Source: Tubulanus polymorphus (lineage: Eukaryota > Animalia > Nemertea). From it: 64,000 nt of DNA. Numbering within the stretch: position 1 is the first letter of the stretch; each line of letters begins with the position of its first letter. A program made the position numbers and the translations under genes. Under the pieces are notes generated by a model. The model was given only the letters and a program-made list of their open reading frames with translations, did not search any database and was not told the DNA's origin. Shown here piece after piece: positions 12,001-24,000 of this stretch. The DNA lies in contig NC_134025.1 of assembly GCF_964204645.1 (NCBI RefSeq), positions 31,414,299-31,478,298 of the forward strand, in the 5' to 3' direction.

Positions 12001-15000
12001 AGTAAGGATTTGATTGGAGTCAGTTAAACAGGATCCAGTTGCACAGTTGTGAGTTAGAGTTAACTCTGATATCAGGATCCAGTTCCACAGTTGTGAGTTA
12101 GAGTTAACTCTGAACTCAGGATCCAGTTCCACAGTTGTGAGTTAGAGTTAACTCTGAACTCAGGATCCAGTTGCACAGTTGTGAGTTAGAGTTAACTCTG
12201 ATATCAGGATCCAGTTGCACAGTTGTGAGTTTAAATTAACTGTGGAACTGGATGCTGGATATGAACTGTGCTGAAATTCTACTGCATGCTTAAAACAAAG
12301 AGCTGAATGTTTTATATGTATTACAGGAATTGATGAATGTCGCTATCAACACCGCTGCCAACAAATCTGTAAGAATTTAAATGTTGGTTATAGATGTGAG
12401 TGTCGCCATGGTTATAAACTTCAAAACGATACTCAATCATGCGAGGGTAAGTAGTCTCTACACTGAGCCTTCACCATCCAGGTCCTGGGCTCTACCCTGA
12501 GCCTTCATCATCCGGGTCCAGGGCTCTACCCTGAGCCTTCACCATCCAGGTCCTGGGCTCTACCCTGAGCCTTCACCATCCGGGTCCTGGGCTCTTCCCT
12601 GAGCCTTCACCATCCAGGTCCTCGGCTCTTCCCACCTTCATTCAGGTCCAGGGCTATACCATGCCTTCACCATCCGCATCCTAGGGCCGGGTTCATAGTT
12701 GAGACTTAAGTTGAAGAATGGTCATAAATCTTAAGGCTGTCTTAATAAGTAATATGATAACTTATTCAAATGATGACTTTATTGAGTTGGACTTGTGTAA
12801 TTAATTTCAGATATAAATGAATGTGACAGTTTACCGTGTAGTCAGGTTTGTAAGAATCTGTATCCGATGTCTAATTCTACGGAAGGTTTCAGTTGTCACT
12901 GTCAGAAAGGATATCGTTTAGCGCCGGATAGGAAATCATGCATCGCTATCGACGGTAAGTTCTATTCCACTAAACACAATCACGTTTCATCAAAACAGAA
13001 TTCAGAGATAATCTGATTGTTTCTTTCTTCAGGTCCGAAAGCGTTCTTAGTCCTCGCTAATCGGTATTATATTCGTAGAATGGATTTATACGGAAATAAA
13101 ATGAGTTTAATTTCTCAAACGTTGAGTAACGCGGTCGCTATAGAGTTCGATTGGAAGCAACAATCGTTATTCTGGTCGGATGTCACGGGAAGCGGAAGTA
13201 AAATATCTAGTATGTCGATGGATGGTACGAACATCAAGGCAAGTTAAACCACTTAAATCACCTGTTATTCATTAAATCATATGACACTGTGGGACTGGGA
13301 TCTTTGGAACTGGGAACTTTAGGAATGGAAACTGGGAACTTTGGAACTGCGATCTGGGATAGGAAAATGGGACAAGTAGCAGTGGAACTGGGAACTGTGG
13401 TACCGGGAACTGTGGGACAGAGAACTTCGAACAGTAGGAACGGGATTTTTTGAACTGGGTTGAGTTGTGTTTACTTATATTAGAAGTTATTGATGTTAAA
13501 TTTTGATGCTGATTCATTTAGGTATTGCATGAATCAACAGTAAGGAATCCAGATGGAATCGCAGTAGATTGGATCGGTAGGAATCTATACTGGTGCGATA
13601 AAACGACTGATACGATCGAAGTTTCTAAATTAAACGGAGATTATCGTAAAGTTTTACTGCATACCGGAATCCAGGAACCTCGAGCTATATCGGTACATCC
13701 GGCGCGGGGATATATCTTCTATACGGACTGGGGAGAACAACCTCATATCGGACGTCTCGGAATGGATGGCTCCGATTATCGTCAGATCATCCGGGAAGAA
13801 CTCGAATGGCCGAACGCTCTGACGATTGATTACGCGACTGAGCGTATTTATTGGCTCGACGCCAGGTTGGATTATATAAAACACGCGAATTTAGACGGAA
13901 CAGATCAGAGGTTTGTTCCGGTGGATTCCCGTAGGATGTTACAACTGGCGCACGCGTTCGCGGTCACTCTATTCGAGGACTATCTCTACTGGACCGACTG
14001 GGAACATAAAGCTATTCTACGAATTCATAAATTAAACGGTGGAAATATCACGAACGTTTTCACTTCAATTCATCGACCGATGGATTTACAGATTATTCAT
14101 AAACTACGACAACCAGAAAGTAAGATATATCAATATCTACTGATTCTCAATATCATCTCACAGCTATCTCGATATCTTCTCACAGCTATCTCGATATCAT
14201 CTCACAGCTCTCTCTCTATATCATCTCACAGCTATCTCGATATCATCTCACAGCTATCTCGATATCATCTCACAGCTATCTCAATGTTATCTCATAGATA
14301 TTAATTAGATATCGTGAATTGCCTCACTGATCACTGAATATCATCTCGGATATTTCAATATTACCCCACAAATCAGTCAATATCATCTCGCAGATATCTC
14401 GATATTATCTCACAGATCCTCAGAATCTCTGAATCTTCATCTCAAACATAATCTCGTTATTAATGTTGATTGTATTGTGTATTTCAGTGCCCGACCCGTG
14501 TAAGAATCTAAATTGTATGAATTTATGTTTGATAAAACCGGGTGGTTCAGAAGCAGTTTGTGCGTGCCCAGAAAATCATTATTTAGCTAATGATGGTAGA
14601 ACATGTATCGCTAACTGTACCAGGTAATTAATCCTCCACAACCCCAACTTAGTTACTGAAATTCATCCAGGTTTATTTACCATAAAATTGTTGTTATAAT
14701 TTCAGTTCACAATTCCAATGCGCGACTAGTTATAAATGTATTCCATTCTGGTTGAGATGTGACGGTCATGATGATTGCGGTGATAGATCTGATGAGCCTA
14801 ACAATGGACCCAATAAATGTGGTAAGTGATTATAGTGTCTACTGGGCTATAGTAGGAGGTACTCACCAGCAGTGAATCTTTTCAAAATCTCTTTGAGTAT
14901 ATGATTATATTTTGACTCTGAGGTCAAACTGAAACAAAAACTGGGTACAGAACTGAGATCCCGAGGTTCTGAAAGATTCATTGAATTTTGAAATATTTCC

Positions 15001-18000
15001 AGAGATAGAATCAATTGAACTCATTTTACAAAAGAGTTTTAAAGAAAATTAGCGGGCATACAATATTTCTCTAAATGACATAGTTCTGTTGAGATCGAAT
15101 ATTGAACATTCTTGAATAACTGTCAAATTTTCAAATGTTCCCTTCATAAATGCAGGTCTATTTACGCGAAGAGTTGTGATTCAAATCTATTGATTTATTG
15201 ATTATTTTAAAGGTGAATATTTGTGTGAAACCCGCGGTTATTATCAATGCGAAAACGCTACCAGTAAAGATCATTGTATTCCACCTGCTCAAATCTGTGA
15301 CGCCATCAAACAATGTCCGTCTGGATCGGATGAATTCAACTGTGGTACGTTCAAACTTTTAAATCAAAAACCGTTTAACTGCCGTAGCTGCAATTCTGTG
15401 TGTTGAGAAGTTGATGGTTTTACAGTAGGCTCGCTGCTACACTAGCCATGGATTATTAAACTAAACTATTGAAAGTTTCTTTCATGACTAGATCGAGGCG
15501 ACAAGCAGTGTCTACTGTAGATCCTAGACAAGCCCACAGTCTACTGTAGATCAGAGACAAGCCCACAGTCTACTGTAGATCAGAGACAAGCCCACAGTCT
15601 ACTGTAGATCAGAGGCAAGCCCACAGAGACATGCCCACAGTCTACTGTAGATCAGAGGCAAGCCCACAGTCTACTGTAGATCAGAGACAAGCCCACAGAG
15701 ACAAGCCCACAGTCTACTGTAGATCAGAGACAAGAGCGAGCAGTTTATTATGATATGTGAGAATGGTGAAATGATCTATTCTTGTTACAGATACCTATAC
15801 TTGTTTACCAAATCAGTTTAAATGTCAGAAAAGCAAGAAATGTATTTCTAAGATGCAGCAATGTGACGGACATGTAGATTGTGAGGATAGTGAGGATGAG
15901 GCTGATGACTGCGGTAAGTAAACCTCATCACAAGCAGAATTATATTATTATCATTACGTATTAAGTTTATATAAAGGAATTTGTTGATAAGTTTGTGAAG
16001 TATTGCATTGTATTGTATTGCATTGCATTGCATCGTATATTTTCAGTGAAACCGTGCGCAGCTGATAAATTCCAGTGTAAAAACGGACAATGTATAACGT
16101 TACATTGGGTGTGTGATAAAGCTCAGGATTGTGGAGATGGGAGCGATGAACCTGAAGATTGTTTAAATCGAACCTGCGCCGCCGGTTATATCAAATGTAA
16201 TAATTCAGGTCAATGTATTCCACGAATGTGGGAATGCGACGGAGAAAATGATTGCGGAACGGATGATAAAACGGACGAACACGAAGGATGTCGTAAGTCT
16301 TGTGACTTTAATCTTAAATCTTAAATCTTGAGTCTAATGAATTGAACTGAAAATTGTCTTTTTGAATTTTCTCACGCAGAAAAAGCGACGTGCGACCCGA
16401 CTTATTTTAAATGCGACAATGCTCGTTGTATCCCGGGGCGATGGAAATGTGATTACCATAACGATTGCGGTGATAATTCAGATGAGACAGATTGTCGTAA
16501 GTAGCAAATTATACATGCCTGTTACATGTACATGTCGAATGTAACATGTACATGTTTGTTACATGTACATGTCGAATGTAACATGTACATGTTTGTTACA
16601 TGTACATGTTGACTGTAACATGTAAATATTGATGTATATTTCTAGAACCGAGGAAATGTTCTGAAAGTGAGTTCACGTGTAAGTCAGATGGTCGATGTAT
16701 CCCTGGTGATTGGAAATGTAACCATGACGTCGACTGCGCTGATAAAAGTGATGAACAAGATTGTCTACGTAAGTGTTTGTGGTCAGATTAGCCGAACCCC
16801 CCACTCCGGTTCTACAGATTAGCCCCACCCCCCACTCCGGTTCTACAGATTAGAGTTCACTCAAATCTGACATCTGTGTAGCCAGCTATTGGTGCCCCAT
16901 TTGACTTTGAGAGTTGAGAATAAAGTTATTTGAATCAACAACTAGATCTTACATCTCAGGATCCTCTCATATCAGACTGATCAGCAGAGGATCTAGAATC
17001 TATATCATTGTAATATGAATGTATTTAATTTCTAATAGCTGATGTGAATTGTACTGATGGTAAACATTTCCAATGTGAAATGGGTCAGACATGTATCCCG
17101 TTAACATGGCAGTGTGACGGTGAACCAGATTGTCCTCATGGTTCCGATGAAAAAGGTTGCTGTAAGTATTGGATTCAGACTCTATATTGAGGTTTAGATT
17201 TTCTGGTGCCTTGTGAAAAACTTAAATCAGCAAAGCTTCCATCATTACACACAAAGATTTTCAAGATGTTGCTTATAATTCACTGTTTTATTTCAGCGAA
17301 ATCTTGTACGGAAAATCAGTTTGATTGTTTGAACAGTAAACAGTTAGAATGTATAAATAAAGATTGGCATTGTGATGGATTTAAAGACTGTTCCACCGGG
17401 CTGGATGAATCAGTCGATTTCTGCAGTAAGTCACTATAGTTACTTTCAGTCCCAAAGTCCGTACATTGAGCCCAGTCTGGCGTCGGTCGCCATAGTAACT
17501 TTCAGTCCTGTAGTCTGGATGTCTGACTCTGTCAGTCTCTGACCGGGCATTTATGAACTCTGTCCCGATACTGAAAAGTTTAAACAGTGAAACAATTTCA
17601 TTTGTTGACATTAAAAACAACCTTTTATAAACTTGCCCCTGATCAAATCTCCTTAAAATCATTATGACGTTGATTGTGTTGTTGTTATTTGTAGAGAATA
17701 CAATTTGTCCGTCTGATAGATTCAAGTGTCCAGGAAGTGGGGCGTGTTTGCCGAAATCATTACGATGTGATGGTTTCAAATCTTGTGAAGATGGTTCCGA
17801 TGAAACTAATTGTAAGTATAGGCTAGTGGTGCGAGAGAGGGGAGAAGCAGAGAGGAGGGGTGGGGGAGGCAGAGAGGAGGAGAGAGGGAGGAGAGAGGGA
17901 GAGAAGGTGTGGGGGAGGAAGGAGAGGGGGAGGAAGGAGAGGGATTGTAATTGTAATTGTAACACTGTGTGTTTATAATTATAGGTGATAATATTTGTGC

Positions 18001-21000
18001 ACAAGCTGGTAAATTCCAATGCGGTAAATCTCGACAATGTATTTCATTCAACAGTGTATGTGATCATGTGAGTGATTGTGAGAACGGTGCTGATGAATCA
18101 CTCAACACGTGTAAGACATCTTCTATTTACATTTCTGCATTAATCTATGTTCAGTTCTGGAAAAGTTTTGTTTAAATCTCTCAACAATACCGGCCGTTAT
18201 AGGTAAATACTCGTGTTCCCACGACGACCAGCATTGTCTAACGGATGTGAATAGATGTAAAGCTTTACAGAAAACAGCTCCGTGTTGCGAGATCGGTTAT
18301 CAATTCAGCGGAGAGCATCGTATGTGTAAAGGTAGGTTATCGCAGCGCCCCCTACATCGATAGATCGCGGCGCCCCCTACAGGTCACGGGTAACATCGAT
18401 CTAATTGAATGTTGTAGATATTGACGAGTGTAAAGAATGGAAACAATGTCAGCAGAGATGTTCGAATCAGATTGAAGGTCGTCCTCGGTGCGATTGTGAT
18501 AAAGGTTACCATGCCGTCAATAATTCCGATTCTTGCGTCGCCGACGGTGATAAATATTTATTAGTAACAATTGAGAATCGTATAATGTATTTAAAACCGG
18601 ATGCTCAGGATCTCAGTTTAGACGCTGATAATGAACTGAAAACTGTAAGTTATAAATTCATCAATCTTATATCGGTTTCATAAATGTTTATTTGAATCCA
18701 GTTCTACAGTTGTGAGTTACAATTAACTGTTAGTAGATAGTAGTTGATTTTCAATGAGTCAAATCTAAACTCACAACTGTAGAATTATCTAAGTTAAATA
18801 AGCCGCTTGGACGCTTCGTGGTATTGCTAATCTTTCATTTTATACGTGTATTACAGTTGGATGAAAAAATCAGTTTGTTTGATGTGGATACAAGAATGAA
18901 TCAATTGTTTGTTGTTCTTCCTGAAAAACGTAAAATTGTCACGTATTACAAAAGTGCTCGGCCAAGAAGAAGTACTTCGTTTTTGTATACTTTCCCTGAG
19001 CGAAAGGTAAGTTAAAGAGCAAGTTATACTGTCCTGAAACCAGTTACGCTGTCCTGAATCAAGTTACACTGTCCTGAATCAAGTTACACTTCCCTGGAGC
19101 CAGTTAGACTGTCCTGAAGCAAGTTACACTGTCCTTGAGCCAGTTACACTGTCCTGGAGCCAGTTAGACTGTCCTGAAGCAAGTTACACTTCCCTGGAGC
19201 CAGTTAGACTGTCCTGAAGCAAGTTACACTGTCCTGGAGCCAGTTACACTGTCCTGGAACCAGTTAGACTGTTCTGAAGCAAGTTACACTGTCCTTGAGC
19301 CAGTTACACTGTCCTGGAGCCAGTTAGACTGTTCTGAAGCAAGTTACACTGTCCTGGAGCCAGTTAGACTGTCCTGAAACCAGTTACGCTGTTCTGAATC
19401 AAGTTACACTGTGCTGGAGCCAGTTAGACTGTCCTGAAGCAAGTTACACTGTCCTGGAGCCAGTTACACTGTTCAGAAGCTATTTAAGAAGCCAGTCCCA
19501 CTCTCCTGGAGCCAGTTACAAAGTCCTGGACCCAGTTCCTCAGTTCTAGAGCCATTTCCACTGTTGTAAAGCCAGCCACACTGTATTAGGTCAACTCCAA
19601 GTGTCCGATGTTAACCGAGGACTGAAAAGTTGTGAGTTAAACATGAGTCCTTAGTCTTGACTGCCATCCCACGCCTGGTCCCACGCCTAGTTCCAGAAAT
19701 CTTCGTTGAAGTTGACTCTGATTTAAACATTTTGAATCAATCAACATTTTAACTGTGAAGTTAAATCCAATTCAAACATGAGGAATTTGGATATTTATCA
19801 GTTACATTTCTCCTCTCAGAGAATTACCTTAAATCTAAAAGCATGAATGATGATTTTTGTATTTTAGGAGATTGATATCCCAGCTCAGAGCAGCCCGTCT
19901 AGTGTCGCGTTAGATTGGGTATCGAAGCGAATTTATTGGACCGATGCCAAGAAAAACACGATAGAAATGATTTCCTACAGCGGTTTAAATCATACGACCG
20001 TCGTCCAGGAGAATTTATATTCACCGGACAACATTGTTATAGATGTTGAATCACGGAAGATGTTCTGGACGGAACGCGGAGATCATTCTCATATTGAATC
20101 AGCGAATTTAGACGGCAGCGAACGTCAGATATTGGTCAGTAATGATATCGTCCAGCCGACCGGTGTAACAATCGATTACCCAAACCGCAGATTATATTGG
20201 GTCGATAGTAAATTAATGACAATTGAAACGATCAATTTGGACGGTTCAAATCGACGCAGGGTCTACGCGGTGTCACTGAAAAATAAAGGTAACATTTTTA
20301 CTGGGTCCTGAGTTCAACCCTCAACTCGAGAGAACTGTGGAACTGGATCCTGCTGCATCTTGGTGTAGATGACTAGGAATAGATACTATTCATAGATTTA
20401 TTGATTTTTCAGATGAGGACCGACCAGATCGAATCCAAGTGTTTGAAAGCTATTTATACATCACAACATCACGAAGAAATAAAATCTATAAAATACCAAA
20501 ATTTTTCACAAATTCGTCGAAACTTCAGAAACTGGCGCACAATGATAAACTTGTATTAGGACATATAACGATGTATAATCCTAATAAACAGAAAGATCGT
20601 AAGTAAAAAATTTTTATACTCTCAAGAGCCAACGACAGTCAAACTCCCTGCTTAAATCATCATAGTTGTGATAAATGTTAGGTTGAAGAAATCCCACACT
20701 TCGAATTTAAAATAATATGATCAAATTTATTATTATGAAACCACAACGTTTCGGCTGTTGACTAACAGCCATCATCAGGCAAAGCAGCCATAGTCATTAG
20801 ATACTAATCCATTCCACCTGATGATGGCTGTTAGTCAACAGCCGAAACGTTGTGGTTTCATAATAATAAAGTTAGGTTGAAGTGTTATCGAATCAACAAC
20901 TTACAACTTAGTTAATTGAATTAGAAATACAAATTGGGATTGAAAAATAAAGACGACTTCAGTCATGTAATGACTTATCCAAATGATGACTTAAGTTTAA

Positions 21001-24000
21001 CTGCAGTGAAATTGGAATGAGTTTTCTCCTCAAGTCTTGTCTCTATTTACTAAAATATGGAATATTACTGTTTTTAGTTCCTGATCCTTGTTACCTCTTA
21101 AACAACTGTCACAGCAGCGCTCTGTGCGTGATGCTGCCCCCTGGTGACTCGTTAAGACAATCGTGTCTTTGTCCGAACGGATTTAAAATGGTGAACGGTA
21201 CGTGTATCCAGACGACACCTCCCCAGCCCGATAGATGTACAGCCGATTATTGTAAACACGGAGGAACGTGTCACATCTCTCCAAAAAAACAGAGAAAATG
21301 CGTGTAAGTTAAATATTTCAATTGTTGAAACTAAGATTTTTATTTCCACAAATACTAATTTCATTGCCTCGGATTAGCAAAAACGGTAGGAAAGGGTTCA
21401 GTACTTGAAAGCAATACCGGGTGACGTAGTTCTATAGGAGTTAAAGCTGATGACCTAGTTCTATAAGTGTCAGACTGTAAGATATAACCTTATTTCACTT
21501 ATGATTTGGGAAAATTAATTTTACTGATTATTTTCACAGATGTGCAAAAGGATACACGGGTAAAACTTGTCAAACTGAGGCTTGTCACGGTCAGGAACCG
21601 TGTAAAAATGGCGGCACATGTATCCCTGAAAATCCAAAACTCTGCAAGTTAGTATTCTAACAATTATCAGTTTACTTGCTCTGAATGGTTTCATTGATTG
21701 CTATGTTATTATTTTTTCCTAGATGCCCGAAGCAGTTTAAGGGTGATAAATGTGAAACTGATCGCTGCTTTGAGAATAATAGAGATTATTGTAACTCTAA
21801 AAAATCTCAAGGTTTTTGCAGAGTGAATAACGCAACCGGGGATTTATACTGCAAGTAAGTCAAACCTCTCTTTATCTTGCCTCCTCTCTCCTCTCTCCTC
21901 TCTCCTCTCCCTCTCTCACCATCTCCTTCCCCTTCTCTCTCCCTCCGGCCTTCCTATCTCCTTTCTTTTCCCTCTCCCTATCTCCTCCTCTCCCTCTCTC
22001 ACCCTCTCCTTCCCCTTCTCTCTCCCTCCGGCTTTCCTATCCTTCCTTCTCTCCCTCTCCCTATCTCCCCCTCTCCCCCCTTCTGTGTCCCTCCCCTTCT
22101 CTCGCCCTCAATCTTTTCTGTCTCCTCACCCCTCTCATTCCTTCTCTCTCTCACCATCTCTCCCTCTATCCTACCTGTCTCCTCTCCTTCCCCTTCTCTC
22201 TCCCTCCGGCTTTCCTATCTCTCCTTCCTTCTCTCTCTCCCTCTCCCTATCTCCCCCTCTCCCCCCTTCTGTGTCCCTCCCCTTCTCTCGCCCTCAATCT
22301 TTTCTGTCTCCTCACTCCTCTCATTCCTTCTCTCCCTCACCATCTCTCCCTCTATCTCACCTGTCTCCTCTCCTTCCCCTTCTCTCTCCCTCTGGCTTTT
22401 CTATCTCTCACCCTCTCTCCCTCAATCTCATTTTCTATCTCGCTCTGTCTCCTTCCCTCTCTCCCTCACTCCTCCCTCCCCGATATCTCTCCCTATCTCC
22501 TCCCTTCCCTTCTCCCTCACTCTCTCAGCCTCTATCTCCCATCTCCCCTGTCTCCTCTCCCTCTCTACTTCCATTGGCATTTGAATTGATGAAGTGGAGT
22601 AATTGAATTGAATTGTTGTACAGGTGTACTGCATGGTTTAGCGGCGATCGATGTCAGTTTAAGAAATCTATAGCTACATTGTGCAAGGATTACTGTTTGA
22701 ACGGAGGGAAGTGTGTGTTGAATGATACAACTCCTGTAACTCCACATTGCGAATGTGAAAAAGGAACAACAGGTATTCAAAAATACTATAAAACAGACAG
22801 TGTTCATCTTGTAGTCAAACTGTAACTATAAGTCAAGTGTACAATAGCTACAGTAGCTATTTATATCATGTGATTTTCATTGAAATATTGTTTATAAAAA
22901 CAGGAGAAAGATGTGAAATCTGTGATGATTTTCCGTGTGAAAACGACGGCGTTTGTACGTTCCTAGCTCCGTCGCCGAGACCTTATTGTAAGTGTCGCCG
23001 TGGTTACATACCTGAATCGCGATGTCAGAAGACGTATTGCGATGATTATTGCATGAACGGAGGAACGTGTACGTTCGGTGAGAAGAAGGGAAGATGTAGC
23101 TGCCCTCCGAGATACCAGGGTTCCAAAAAATGTGAAGAAGATTTATGTGATAAAGGATATTGCGTTCATGGTAGGTATACTTCATCCCTCAGAGGCTGCA
23201 GACGCTCAAAAGTTGTTTATAGTCGACATGGTTTCATTCTTACCACGGTTTTCATCTAATGGTTGACCTTGACTTCATCTATTGAGCAACTGGGGGCAAG
23301 CTTCACGGAGAAATTTAAATTTTAAGTCTAATAAAAATCTCAAATTGTGAATCATTTTCATGAAACTGGATCCAATTCTTCAGTAACTAATTTGGACTCA
23401 AATATCAAACTTTGCTAACAACTGGCAGTGTCCGGAGCCATCCATCCAGAGCAGTCCAGCTGGAGCCATCCCTGGTTTATTGATAATTCATGTGTTTTAT
23501 TGCAGGTAAATGTGCGAACACAAACGACGGTTCTTTGAGTTGTAACTGTTTCCATGGTTACGAAGGAAAGCGTTGCGATAAAGCGCAAGATTGTAGTCAT
23601 TTCAGTTGTTTACACGGAGGGACATGCTACCGTAAGAATCTCGCAAATTCTTTGTCGCAAATATTTTCTGGAAAATTTGTATCTTAATGATTCTAACGGG
23701 TCAGGAGGAAATCAGTGAATTCAAATACAGACTCCAGATTTATTTTTCCCTGTATGAAAATTCAAGGAATTCAGGAATTTGAATTTTTGGTGTGAACCTC
23801 TTCATAAGCAACAGTATCTTTGAATTTAATCAGGGAAATTTTGATCAAGGGTCGGGGAAATATCAGGGAATTGTGGATTAGCTGATCTGTAAGAACCCTG
23901 AAATCATGTATATATTAATGTGTTGTGATTGTGTTTAGCTTCAGATAATGAATTTAAATGTCACTGCACCCCAGAATACACCGGTGATCACTGTCATCTC

